This document shows positions 17,178-29,379 of a stretch of DNA of 54,922 nt, in pieces; position 1 is the first letter of the stretch; every line of letters begins with the position of its first letter. The DNA is taken from the NCBI GenBank assembly GCA_964640545.1, contig CAZXHL010000006.1:1-54922 (forward strand). The letters run 5' to 3'. The notes beneath the pieces are model-generated. The model was not told the origin of the DNA. It was given only the letters and a program-made list of their open reading frames with translations, and searched no databases. Source of the stretch: an uncultured Bacteriovorax sp. (lineage in GTDB: Bacteria; Bdellovibrionota; UBA2428). Both the position numbers and the translations under genes were made by a program.

Positions 17178-18050
17178 TTACAGAGCTACTTTAGCCAAAG
17201 ATTCGGCACGAAGCACATCTTTTGGATTTGTCGCCACACCTTGTCGCCTATATTCGAAATAAAGGCGATCTAAAGACATTCCTAAAGACTGACCAGCTTG
17301 AATCTTTTGTCCCTTTTTGAGGGAACGTAATGTCGAAGGATTAAGATTGGCATAGACCGTTAGATGCCCTGCACCATGATCGAGCATTACCACCCGGCCT
17401 CGTCCTGAAATTTCTCCCACAAATACGACTGTAGCTGGCGCGCAGGAAACCACTTCTTCATGCGGAGTCGATAACCACCAACCAAGAGAATTCCACTCAA
17501 GTTCCGTCTCTACGTCCTTTTGCATTCCAAAACCCTGGATAAGCTCAACCTTGTCAGCGGCATTCACCGGTAGATCATTGCATACAAATCGAACTTTCGA
17601 GTTCTGCTCAATAACGGGCTTTTGCTTTAGGAATTCTTCTTGCTGAATCTTGGTCCATTCCAGTTCAGCCTGAGCCTCGATGCGCCTGGATTCAAGCAGA
17701 TCCAAATCCCTAACACTTTCCTTAAGACCAAGTGCCAAAACCTTTAGAGACTTATCTCGACCTTCTGAGGTGGTCTCAGCATCCATCCAAAGATAGCGAG
17801 GACCAGCCACCGGCTTTTGTTTTAAACGATAGAACATCCGAGATTTCTGACGAATTTCTTTCTTCTGATCACCTATGCGATGGTCAATCTCGTCTAGCAA
17901 TCTGACTTGTACCTGAATCTGTCGATCATATTCACTAAGTTCTGAATCTTCGACAATGTCGTCTCCTGCCTCTTCGCCGCCAATTGCCGCATAGACCTGA
18001 GCACTAAACAAGCAGAGAGCAGAAACCGCAAAAAGTGAACGCCAATTCAT
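17178..18050 (-). CDS. envC: EnvC-like murein hydrolase activator (coiled coil plus degenerate M23 domain)
   Basis: Signal peptide, coiled coil, DHGAGHLTVYANL and LYFEYR without M23 metal ligands; downstream of ftsEX. Confidence 0.7.
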   Translation of the reverse strand: MNWRSLFAVSALCLFSAQVYAAIGGEEAGDDIVEDSELSEYDRQIQVQVRLLDEIDHRIGDQKKEIRQKSRMFYRLKQKPVAGPRYLWMDAETTSEGRDKSLKVLALGLKESVRDLDLLESRRIEAQAELEWTKIQQEEFLKQKPVIEQNSKVRFVCNDLPVNAADKVELIQGFGMQKDVETELEWNSLGWWLSTPHEEVVSCAPATVVFVGEISGRGRVVMLDHGAGHLTVYANLNPSTLRSLKKGQKIQAGQSLGMSLDRLYFEYRRQGVATNPKDVLRAESLAKVAL

Positions 18051-18055
18051 GAAAT

Positions 18056-18951
18056 CTAAAGCTCCTGAGCTGGCTGATCAATAAGCGGCCAAGTCAAGAA
18101 CGCCCCAGCAACTGAAGCCAAAATACCTAGACCTGCAAGACTCAAGCTTGAATTTATAGAGAGAGCTGTCATCTGAAACTCAGACGGAAGCAAGAATAAC
18201 TGGCTATGAGGCACAATGTACTTGAAGAAAATTGTGACACAACCAATGGACAGAACCCCGCCCGCAATTCCAAAAATCATTCCTTCAAGAAATAAAGGAG
18301 CAAAAATCCGACCACGTGAAGCACCTAAGATTTTCAAAGTTTCAATTTCACCGCGAATAGCCTCGAAGGCCAACCGAATCAAGTGACTCACGAGCAAAGC
18401 AACAACCACAAAGACCAAGAGTAGCAATCCTGTTGCCCATGAGAAAACTCGTTCACTAACAGCTTCTTGCTTAGGAGAAAAAGCTCCCAAGCCTTCGTCC
18501 ACGTCCAATACCCCTGGGCGCGAACGCAAATCATTAAGCAAGTTTAAAAACTCAGTTCGAGTCAAGCTGCCCGATGCAAACTGCAAGTTCATTGTGACCG
18601 GAAGAGACTCTTCATCGAAAACCTTTGAAAGTGTGTCACCGAACTGAAGCTTTAGAGATTCCAAAGCTTGTTCTGAAGGAACAATGTTTGCTGATGCAAA
18701 TCTAGGACTTTCAAGAAGTTCCATTTTGAAATTCTCTAGCTCGTTCTCACTAAGCTTCGGATCCACAAACACAGTCAATCCTGCGATTCCACCATTAGTG
18801 ATACTTTGCTTGCCCGTAACCCTTACGCGCTCAAGGTTTTCCACAACAGTCCAAAAACCACCCAGCATCGACAAAGAAATCGTAATCGCGATCAAAGTCA
18901 AAAAGGCAGAAAATGGCCTAGTAAGAATATGTCTAACAGTGAATTTCCAAA

Positions 18952-18955
<4 letters not shown>
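18056..18955 (-). CDS. ftsX: Cell division permease FtsX
   Basis: One TM, periplasmic domain, three TM; EIETLKILGAS...PLFLEG; follows ftsE. Confidence 0.88.
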
Positions 18956-21936
<2,981 letters not shown>

Positions 21937-21955
21937 ACGCTAAAAATCAGTTCAC

Positions 21956-22486
21956 TTACTTGTTGATGTAAATGAATTCGCTTTCAAGACCGCCGGCCAG
22001 AATCTTCATGCGAAAAACTGACTTTACATCTCCCGCATAGAACTTATCAGCCAATGTGTAACTCACTATGCTTTTGCCTTCGACCGCGATAGTCGTTCCA
22101 ACAAAACTAGCGCTATCATCCGTTCGTTGATTCTTGATGGCGCCGTCTTGAGTGAGGAAGACATCATAGATTTCTACAGTCGATGACTTTTTGATTTCAT
22201 AAAAAGGATCACAAACTTCACCTTCGCTTTCAATTTCTTGGCAAAGATCAATCAATACCGTGAAGTCGCCAGCCAAATCCATCTGCCAGCTCAATTGAAA
22301 GATATCGGCATCAAGAGTCTCGTCGTAGCTTTGGTAAGTTTTTGCAGCCTGTGGCTGAATCGTGCTAGCTGAAGGTGCTGGACTTGGACCAGGAGCAGGC
22401 GCCCCTCCTACACCGCCATTACATGCGGAGAGCAAAGCGAGGGCAAAAACAAATACGAGTGGTGTTTTGTATTGTGGTGTTTTCAT
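21956..22486 (-). CDS. Hypothetical lipoprotein
   Basis: Lipobox LSAC followed by a Pro-rich linker. Confidence 0.7.
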   Translation of the reverse strand: MKTPQYKTPLVFVFALALLSACNGGVGGAPAPGPSPAPSASTIQPQAAKTYQSYDETLDADIFQLSWQMDLAGDFTVLIDLCQEIESEGEVCDPFYEIKKSSTVEIYDVFLTQDGAIKNQRTDDSASFVGTTIAVEGKSIVSYTLADKFYAGDVKSVFRMKILAGGLESEFIYINK

Positions 22487-22582
22487 TAGGCCGTTTTATC
22501 CACCTAACACGGCGCATTCAACTTAAAAGCTATTACATAACCCGGACAAGGTGTTGATATTACGCTTGTGCGTTCCGCAGAC

Positions 22583-23734
22583 CTACCAGCTAAGGGTGCC
22601 CTGACCGTAGTATCTGCGATCGACTCCAATGCCTGGGCCGGAACCAAGATTCTCAGCGTAACTCCCCACTTCGAGCTCAAATACACTCCATTTGAACCCG
22701 AGACCACCCCCCAAATTTCCCTTAGCCAGGTGGGCACGCATATAGGTCGTATAGAATGAACGCGGTCGTATTGTGAATTGGAGGGCGGCGTGAAAAATTT
22801 CCAAAAATTCATCAAAACCCGTTCCGAGATCTCGCAGCTCGAAAGAAAGTGTTGGTTCAATGATTCCTGAATTCATAAGCTTTCCTGCAATTCCAAAATT
22901 GTATCGTCTAATCATCGATGGAGGGGTGGAAGAACCTGCACTCAAACGAATGGGAAATGAAGTTGCCAGAAGATTTTGAGCTGCAAGCCCCGTCGTAACC
23001 TGCAACCGGGAACCTTTGGTCAATTGAAACGTCACCATATCAAATTGCATTCCTAAGTCGAAGTCCATCCCCAAACCAGTCCCGGCAAAATCAGAAAAAT
23101 TGTCTGTCACGTTGGCAATGGAATCGTTCTCTAAGTCTGCGCGCAATCCACTCCGGTAAATCAACGGTTTCCAGGTGAAGCCGATTCGGAGCCTCCCCGC
23201 CATAAACGGGTGTCCATAGGCAAACGCAGCTCCGCCCTGAGCCACACCAAATAAATCAGCTTGAGCAAAAAGCAAAGAAGGCGTTCGAATTCGAATAGAG
23301 CTTTGAACTCCAAAAGGGTTCACCGCAATTCCAAATCGATGCTTGGTCCAATAAGCATCTAAAATTGAAAAGTCGAGTCCAGCAGTCGTTCCATTGAGAA
23401 TCTGAAGCTGCTCTGAAATTGTAGAACTTCCGCCTGAAGTCAATTCTTTTAGTCGATCAATCAAATCAAAGAAGTTTGCAGATATTCCAAAGTTGGCGAA
23501 CTGAGGCAATAGAAGCTCTCCTCCCTCTTCAGACACTAGAGCCAGACCTGCAGGATTGACATAAATTGAATTGAAATCATCCACGATAGCTGTGGTTGCC
23601 ATCCCCATTGATCGAGATTGTGCAGAAGCAAACCACTCTTGCGTCGCAAAACCAGCTTGGGCGTCGAAACTCATCGCGCCCCACAGAAAAACAATAAATG
23701 AGGAAAGGCCCCTCAAGCGAAAAAATAAACTCAA
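22583..23734 (-). CDS. Outer-membrane beta-barrel protein (TraF/PorV/FadL-like N-terminal motif)
   Basis: Signal peptide; RSMGMATTAIVDD..SIYVNPAGL motif; amphipathic strands; C-terminal aromatic residue. Confidence 0.7.
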   Translation of the reverse strand: MSLFFRLRGLSSFIVFLWGAMSFDAQAGFATQEWFASAQSRSMGMATTAIVDDFNSIYVNPAGLALVSEEGGELLLPQFANFGISANFFDLIDRLKELTSGGSSTISEQLQILNGTTAGLDFSILDAYWTKHRFGIAVNPFGVQSSIRIRTPSLLFAQADLFGVAQGGAAFAYGHPFMAGRLRIGFTWKPLIYRSGLRADLENDSIANVTDNFSDFAGTGLGMDFDLGMQFDMVTFQLTKGSRLQVTTGLAAQNLLATSFPIRLSAGSSTPPSMIRRYNFGIAGKLMNSGIIEPTLSFELRDLGTGFDEFLEIFHAALQFTIRPRSFYTTYMRAHLAKGNLGGGLGFKWSVFELEVGSYAENLGSGPGIGVDRRYYGQGTLSW

Positions 23735-24363
23735 GATGATGTCATTTTATCAAGTAATTTCAAAATTTGGCTTCTGAACTCAGACAGATTCCCGTCGTTT
23801 TTGATCAAAAGTTGCGCCTTAGCCTCGAGCTCAGCATCCGACATCTGCATCGCCAAAATACTCTCGACATCCTTTGCCGGTCGCTGGTCCCGAAGAGAGG
23901 CTCTTTCAACCTTCTTGGAATCATCAGCCAACACCCCGATCACTCCGTCCAGAATCTTACTAAGACTGGCTCTATCTCCAGAGTCAAACATATCTATCGC
24001 CTCAATAAAGGCAAACGGCTTCTGCGATACGATCAAAACCTCCGCCATCCATGTTTTAATGTCATCACGAATCAAGGGATGCAGGATAGAAGTAAGCTTT
24101 TTTTTATTAGAAGTATCACCGTCGGGACTCTTGGCAAACCAATCACGAACCACCCGTCGATCCATGACTTCGCCATCAAAGGCCTGTGGCCCCACAAGAT
24201 CAATGATTGATTTTTTGGTTTGATAGAAATTCTTGTGCGCTGGCTCCGTTACTCGCCGCGCTAGTTGATCGGCGTCCAAGACCCGAAACCCCAACTCATC
24301 GAGATATTTCAACATAGAAGATTTTCCACTTCCGATGCCACCAGTGATGCCCCAAAACTTCAT
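23731..24363 (-). CDS. coaE: Dephospho-CoA kinase
   Basis: GITGGIGSGKS, DADQLAR, ILHPLI, QMS, IKNDG motifs; start at MKFWG. Confidence 0.92.
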   Translation of the reverse strand: MKFWGITGGIGSGKSSMLKYLDELGFRVLDADQLARRVTEPAHKNFYQTKKSIIDLVGPQAFDGEVMDRRVVRDWFAKSPDGDTSNKKKLTSILHPLIRDDIKTWMAEVLIVSQKPFAFIEAIDMFDSGDRASLSKILDGVIGVLADDSKKVERASLRDQRPAKDVESILAMQMSDAELEAKAQLLIKNDGNLSEFRSQILKLLDKMTSS

Positions 24364-24383
24364 TTGAGTTAAGATTAAAGCTA

Positions 24384-25226
24384 ATGAGCGCCAATTTACA
24401 AGAGCAGAGCCGAATGATTCGCCATGCAGGGCTAGAATTGTCGGGCACACATTCTGCTAAAACTTGTATTACGGTTCTAGACCACTATCCCGACTCACAT
24501 CGACTCGTGCTCTCAGAAGTTCATTCGAGCATGGGGAGGGAAACCCTCGGCAACAGTGACGAAATCTTACGCCTACAACTCAATAGCCTTGGTGTTTCAC
24601 CTCATGAAAATTTTGAGTTTGCCGGAATCTGCACTCAAGCTCCCACCTCGCTCCCACCTCACTTCAGCGAGGCTGACAATGCCAGCCAAGAAGTTTCATG
24701 GCTGAACGATTACTGGCAAAAAACAAAACCGCAACCAAGAAAATTTCTTCCATACCTCAATCGGCCCTTTGAAATTTGGATGCGTTATTTTACACCCGAG
24801 AAATTTCGAATGCCCGAAAGCATGGGAGCAAACCTTGCCCCCATCGCAGCTCGCATGGACTTCATTAAACAAGAATTAAAATTTCCAATTTACGAAAACT
24901 TTCCAAGAGCTACCTTTCAAAGACTCAATTCTGCAATAGGCGGACAAAAGTCGTGGGTCCGTGATTACACAGACATCGACAAAGGTATTCCCACTCGAGA
25001 AAGATTCATTCAAAGACTTCTCGACAAGTCTCCGGGAATTTTTATCTACGAACATGATTTGGATATTCTAGTTTTCGAGCTTCAAGTCTTCCAAGCTTTT
25101 CTATCTGCGCTCTGCCTGTATCTTAACCAAAACAAACAATGCGAAACACGTCCTAACAACTTTCCACAGAAAAGCACTTGGGGCCTTCTTCCCAGGCAGC
25201 ACATCGCTTGGGAAAAGCTGGTTTAA
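24384..25226 (+). CDS. DUF429-like (RNase H-fold) hypothetical protein
   Basis: GLELSG...TC, QAPTSLP and YENFPR patterns resemble the DUF429 GIDL/DAP/E.YP motifs. Confidence 0.5.
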   Translation: MSANLQEQSRMIRHAGLELSGTHSAKTCITVLDHYPDSHRLVLSEVHSSMGRETLGNSDEILRLQLNSLGVSPHENFEFAGICTQAPTSLPPHFSEADNASQEVSWLNDYWQKTKPQPRKFLPYLNRPFEIWMRYFTPEKFRMPESMGANLAPIAARMDFIKQELKFPIYENFPRATFQRLNSAIGGQKSWVRDYTDIDKGIPTRERFIQRLLDKSPGIFIYEHDLDILVFELQVFQAFLSALCLYLNQNKQCETRPNNFPQKSTWGLLPRQHIAWEKLV

Positions 25227-25340
25227 TCGAAAAAGTCTCCCCTCCCCTCCGAACAGCATCTGGAATTCGGCACGTTACACGCACAGCTCTTAACACAAAC
25301 TTAATTTGCTCGTTATTTACAATGCCTCTAAAATCGATCC

Positions 25341-25928
25341 ATGAGATTCTCCATTCTTTTACTATTGTCTTTGACGTTTTCACAGCAAGCCTTCTGCGTT
25401 GAAGCTACTTCTGCGCCCGCTACGTCAGCACCAGAGGCAGGGGGGAATTTTTTTAGCAAGCCATCCAATGGCGTTTTTAGCACACCATTCAACGACCCCT
25501 ACGAAGACCGTCCATACCAGTCAGAGGCGGAAAAAGTTAACTACTGCAAAGTCAGACAAGCTCAAATAGAATCCAATAAAACCGCTCTCGAAAAACTCGA
25601 AGCACAGCTCAAAGAACAACAAAAAGCTAATTTAGCAACAGACATAGCAAAGATAGCTGAATGTGAGAAAGAGACGGATGCCCTACTCAATAGTGATGCA
25701 GACATTGAGCTAGTTATGAAAGCAGCTGCAGGCACGTGTGACACCCCCACCTGCACCAACACCTGCGAAATGTCACAACGGATTGAAAGAATGATTAGTT
25801 TTCGTCGGCACCTTCTCATGAAACTTGAATCGACATTTCACAATGAAGGCTGTCGGGCGGCCTTGAGAATCGACGAAAGATCCAACCCTCCATCCCACGG
25901 TGATGACCACGATAATGGCTCGCTTTAG
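25341..25928 (+). CDS. Secreted Cys-containing helical hypothetical protein
   Basis: Signal peptide; TTGCTC-N17-TAAAAT-N6-ATG upstream. Confidence 0.7.
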   Translation: MRFSILLLLSLTFSQQAFCVEATSAPATSAPEAGGNFFSKPSNGVFSTPFNDPYEDRPYQSEAEKVNYCKVRQAQIESNKTALEKLEAQLKEQQKANLATDIAKIAECEKETDALLNSDADIELVMKAAAGTCDTPTCTNTCEMSQRIERMISFRRHLLMKLESTFHNEGCRAALRIDERSNPPSHGDDHDNGSL

Positions 25929-25931
25929 GAA

Positions 25932-26366
25932 ATGTTGATGCGCCAACTTTTCTCATCTGTTTTCTTTATTATGGTGGCCACAGCTTCTCAACCGGGGTTA
26001 GCGAGTAGCGACGATCCACTTTTTGGAAACGATAAAGAGAGTCGCAATCGTACAATTTTTAAGAATATCGAACTGAGGGCAGAAATTATCTTCAAAGAAT
26101 ATAACAAGAGCAAAAATTTAGATGGGGTGAAGGCTCAAAAGGCCTACATCAACGAAAAACTCGAGTTACTCTTTCTAGGAATAGACCCAGAATCCTGGAG
26201 TCGCAGACTAAGCACAAAGACGGGTTCGCTACAAAAGATATGCTACATCAACTCCTTGATGGACTCCTTAGAGTTCATGGCGATCGCAGAAGGTAAACGA
26301 TTTCTACACAAAGAAGTTGCTGCTACACTTCGCATCGTATCCAAACGCTGCTCAACCCCGCGTTAG
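25932..26366 (+). CDS. Secreted hypothetical protein
   Basis: Signal peptide-like N-terminus; 3 nt after the previous stop. Confidence 0.65.
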   Translation: MLMRQLFSSVFFIMVATASQPGLASSDDPLFGNDKESRNRTIFKNIELRAEIIFKEYNKSKNLDGVKAQKAYINEKLELLFLGIDPESWSRRLSTKTGSLQKICYINSLMDSLEFMAIAEGKRFLHKEVAATLRIVSKRCSTPR

Positions 26367-26596
26367 ATTTAGACGCGTTACCGCGAGTCTTAGTAACATC
26401 AAATTAAGAATTCGTTAGCTTTTTGACAAACCTGACCATTTTTAATGATTTCAACACATTACTCCTAGAGATTTTTGGCGAATGTCATAAAGTTTATGTG
26501 ATATTTCCAGCCGGTCTCGTTATAATAAAACTAGGCTATACGTGGAACCTTGGTTCTCCGTGGCTAGAGTCTTCGGATTCGAAAGGAGGTGGTGTA

Positions 26597-26650
26597 GTGG
26601 ATTGTTCGTATCAGTATAGTCACTTAACCGTAAAGGGGGTTAGCGGCTGA
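26597..26650 (+). CDS. Candidate 17-aa small ORF (MDCSYQYSHLTVKGVSG) in a short standalone transcript
   Basis: AAAGGAGGTG SD 7 nt before GTG; TATAAT at 26521; terminator at 26685-26722. Confidence 0.45.
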   Translation: MDCSYQYSHLTVKGVSG

Positions 26651-26684
26651 ATAAGTCGATAACTTCATCAAGGTAAAATTGACC

Positions 26685-26722
26685 GAGGTGCTTATCTTAG
26701 ATGATAAGCGCCTCTTTTTTTT
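26685..26722 (+). terminator. Intrinsic terminator
   Basis: GAGGTGCTTATC-TTAGAT-GATAAGCGCCTC followed by T8. Confidence 0.85.
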
Positions 26723-26939
26723 CTGCCGCCCACTAAAGTTAACAGCCCAACTCCTCTTCAAAGTCATCCACATTATCAATCGTATACACTTTGGTCGGCT
26801 GACTAATAAGTAGCTAAATTATTAAGTTTACTTGGGTTATTTTGTTAAGCTAATATAAAGATACCAAGCTAATTCTAAACTCTGTTCGTTAGCCCCTACT
26901 TTCCCTCCCCAGCTGCACGTGAACCCGAAAGGTTTACAT

Positions 26940-27680
26940 ATGCTAGATTTAAAAAAATTACTTATTGCCCTCGTTATTCTCAGCCAAGGTGCTTGTCAGC
27001 TAATCATTGAACCTGTGGCTAAAGACAACGGTCAAGACAAAGAAACGACTACGCCCCCAATAACACCAACCCCATTACCGGAACTCTTAACTTATAAGTG
27101 TCTAAAATCAACTAGCTCAGGAGCAGTAAGCTTAAGTTCATTAGAAAGTGCCGTCGACCTCACGGAAGCCGTAGCAAATTTTGCCTCTCAGCCAAGGGTG
27201 ATTACAGGGTTTGGAATTGATTTGTCAGCTGCTGGTATCTCAGGAATTGAAGTTGAATCACAAAGTTTTGACGAAGACATGCTTTTAGACTCAACTTCCA
27301 CTTTGCTTCATTCCGACGGCAATCTCGGCACCAATGAAATATTTGTATCAGCACCCGAGGGATATTTCATCAGCAGTGTGGGAATTGTTCCACACAGCAC
27401 CGGAGCCCGTGTATCTAGTGTTTACCTTACCGTAAGCAAGGCGAATCCGAACACCAATAGCTTCGAGCAAAAATATTGCTTTGCGAATAGCTACGAAGTT
27501 CAATGTGGCGATGAAGATTACAGATCATACCTGTCATCTACAGGACTAGGTCGGCTTGCTGAACTATCAGGCGCTTCTAATCAAGGCTTGGTATCTTTGG
27601 GGGCTAGTATGGTTGACATCAATCACGCCAGCTTCAGCGGCTCGAAGTCGACATTAAGCTTTGGAACTTGCGTCGAATAA
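26940..27680 (+). CDS. Hypothetical lipoprotein, Ser/Thr-rich beta protein
   Basis: Lipobox QGAC, Pro/Thr linker, paired cysteines. Confidence 0.7.
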   Translation: MLDLKKLLIALVILSQGACQLIIEPVAKDNGQDKETTTPPITPTPLPELLTYKCLKSTSSGAVSLSSLESAVDLTEAVANFASQPRVITGFGIDLSAAGISGIEVESQSFDEDMLLDSTSTLLHSDGNLGTNEIFVSAPEGYFISSVGIVPHSTGARVSSVYLTVSKANPNTNSFEQKYCFANSYEVQCGDEDYRSYLSSTGLGRLAELSGASNQGLVSLGASMVDINHASFSGSKSTLSFGTCVE

Positions 27681-27686
27681 CAGAGG

Positions 27687-28340
27687 CTAGCTTGAGGGCT
27701 CGTTCCACTTAAATCTAAAGAACATCTTGGGGGGTTGAGTTCCCAGCGGCCAATCGAATTCAAAACTTGTTAACTCGCCATCTTCTCCGAGGATCACATT
27801 GGCTGACTTAGTCCAGTTTTCCAAATCTTCTGAGACTTGTAGCTCATACAGCACCCCCTCTTTGCCACCCTTGAGATCAAGCTTCACTCTAGTGACATCG
27901 GGCTGTCCATCTCCATTGGTATCAATATGGGTTATACCCAGATTGCTCGCCTGAGGTTTGGGAGGCTCATTAGGAACGTAAGGCTCGGTAACGGGGAAGA
28001 TCGAATCCGAAAAAGCACTCTCGAGACCAGAGTTGTTATAAGCCGTAGCCGCAATTTCATACGCCGTTGCGTTTTTCATATTTCCAATTGTAAAACTTGT
28101 GACATTTCCGACGTCTACAGTCGTCCACGGTGTGACACCTATTTCTCGATAATGAATTTTATAGCCTGCAAGATCTGATTCTGGATTGGGGTTCCAAGCA
28201 ACCCCCAGAGAAGCTGTCGCGAATTGACTTCCACTAAAAGAGGTATCGCCGGATCCTCCATGCCCCGATTGTGCCCGAGAGAACGAAGGCATCCCTATCA
28301 AAACTAAAAATAGCGCAAATCGACATAAGTGATTTTTCAT
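27687..28340 (-). CDS. Secreted fibronectin type III domain protein
   Basis: Signal peptide; W.PNPESDLAGYKIHY...Y.IAATAYN.SGLES FN3 pattern. Confidence 0.8.
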   Translation of the reverse strand: MKNHLCRFALFLVLIGMPSFSRAQSGHGGSGDTSFSGSQFATASLGVAWNPNPESDLAGYKIHYREIGVTPWTTVDVGNVTSFTIGNMKNATAYEIAATAYNNSGLESAFSDSIFPVTEPYVPNEPPKPQASNLGITHIDTNGDGQPDVTRVKLDLKGGKEGVLYELQVSEDLENWTKSANVILGEDGELTSFEFDWPLGTQPPKMFFRFKWNEPSS

Positions 28341-28462
28341 TCCCCACTGAGTATAGCGTATCTTTCTGGGGAATAAACAAACTCTGCGTGAAAGGTGTTT
28401 TCTGAGCTGCCCTTTTAGATACCTTGCAAAGCCATTAACGAAAGCTTAACTATAAATAGCTT

Positions 28463-29146
28463 ATGGAAAGAATGGAATTTGATCTCCAAAAAGGCTGGAG
28501 CAAGGGCTTAAGAATCTGCTTTGAAGAAGCTTCTTCAAGTGACGATTTCAACATCAAAACAGCTCTCCATGTGAAACAAGTTCATGGCGACAAGATCTAC
28601 GATGTTGGCCCAGAAGATCTTATGAAGATCTCCCCCCTAGCCGAGGCTGATGGAATGATGGTCCAAGGAGATTTTTTTCGCTCCTTCAAGCGCCCCCTAC
28701 TCATCAAAACGGCGGACTGTGTTCCCCTGATCTTGATCGACCGTGAGGCTGAAACGATTGCTATCATTCATGCAGGATGGAGAGGACTTGCTCAAGGCAT
28801 CCACACCAAGCTCATTGACCAGGGGCACTTTGAACCCAGTAAAACTTGGGCATGGATAGGCCCCTCTCTCAGCGGGCGAGAATTCGAAGTCAAAGAAGAC
28901 ATGTGGAGCCAGTTCCCCGAACATAAAGATCCTACAATCTTCGAGCCAGGCCCCACCTCCGACATCAAATATTTCCACACTTGGAAATACCTCGAAAAAT
29001 GCTACGACGATCTGGGACTAGAAGTCATCTACAACCCCGAAGTTAGCACCTACAGCAACGAAGCCTTCTATTCCCACCGAAGATCTATTCACAGAAACGA
29101 AGAGCGCAAAGGCCACAACTACACCTGGCTCAGATTCTACGAATAG
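28463..29146 (+). CDS. pgeF: PgeF/YfiH (laccase-like / purine nucleoside phosphorylase) family protein
   Basis: QVHG, EADG, TADCVP, HAGWRG, IGPS, FYSHRR motifs; adjacent to rluD. Confidence 0.88.
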   Translation: MERMEFDLQKGWSKGLRICFEEASSSDDFNIKTALHVKQVHGDKIYDVGPEDLMKISPLAEADGMMVQGDFFRSFKRPLLIKTADCVPLILIDREAETIAIIHAGWRGLAQGIHTKLIDQGHFEPSKTWAWIGPSLSGREFEVKEDMWSQFPEHKDPTIFEPGPTSDIKYFHTWKYLEKCYDDLGLEVIYNPEVSTYSNEAFYSHRRSIHRNEERKGHNYTWLRFYE

Positions 29147-29149
29147 CTC

Positions 29150-29369
29150 GTTGTACGCCAGAAGTGCTTGGTAGAGCGCGCGAGTATCATTTCTAAATCA
29201 GTTGAAATATTTGTGTTCATTACTCAGGACGAGGGGGAGCGCAGCCCCCCTCTGGCAAGTTTGCACTTGCCATTCACCCCCATAGTCCTTCGACTGAACC
29301 CAGATATTTCAACTGATTTAGAAACGCTCCATCTTTTTTGCGCTCTACCAAACACTTCTGGCGCACAGT
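29150..29369 (-). repeat. Complete ~220 bp palindromic intergenic element (copy 3, core on minus strand)
   Basis: Arms CGCCAGAAGTGCTTGGTAGAGCGC...TTTCTAAATCAGTTGAAATAT / ATATTTCAACTGATTTAGAAA...GCGCTCTACCAAACACTTCTGGCGCACAGT; core 29226-29289. Confidence 0.92.
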
Positions 29370-29379
29370 GAATTTACAG

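Noticed and set aside
22583-23734. TraF-like protein as evidence of a conjugative element
   Set aside because: No other transfer genes, relaxase or integrase are present, and it overlaps coaE like a core operon gene.
26423-26650. 75-aa ORF from TTG 26423
   Set aside because: It spans the predicted promoter. The strong SD points to the internal GTG at 26597 instead.
29168-29371. 67-aa ORF inside element copy 3
   Set aside because: It lies within the palindrome, has no SD, and the ORF track shows no equivalent ORF in the other copies.
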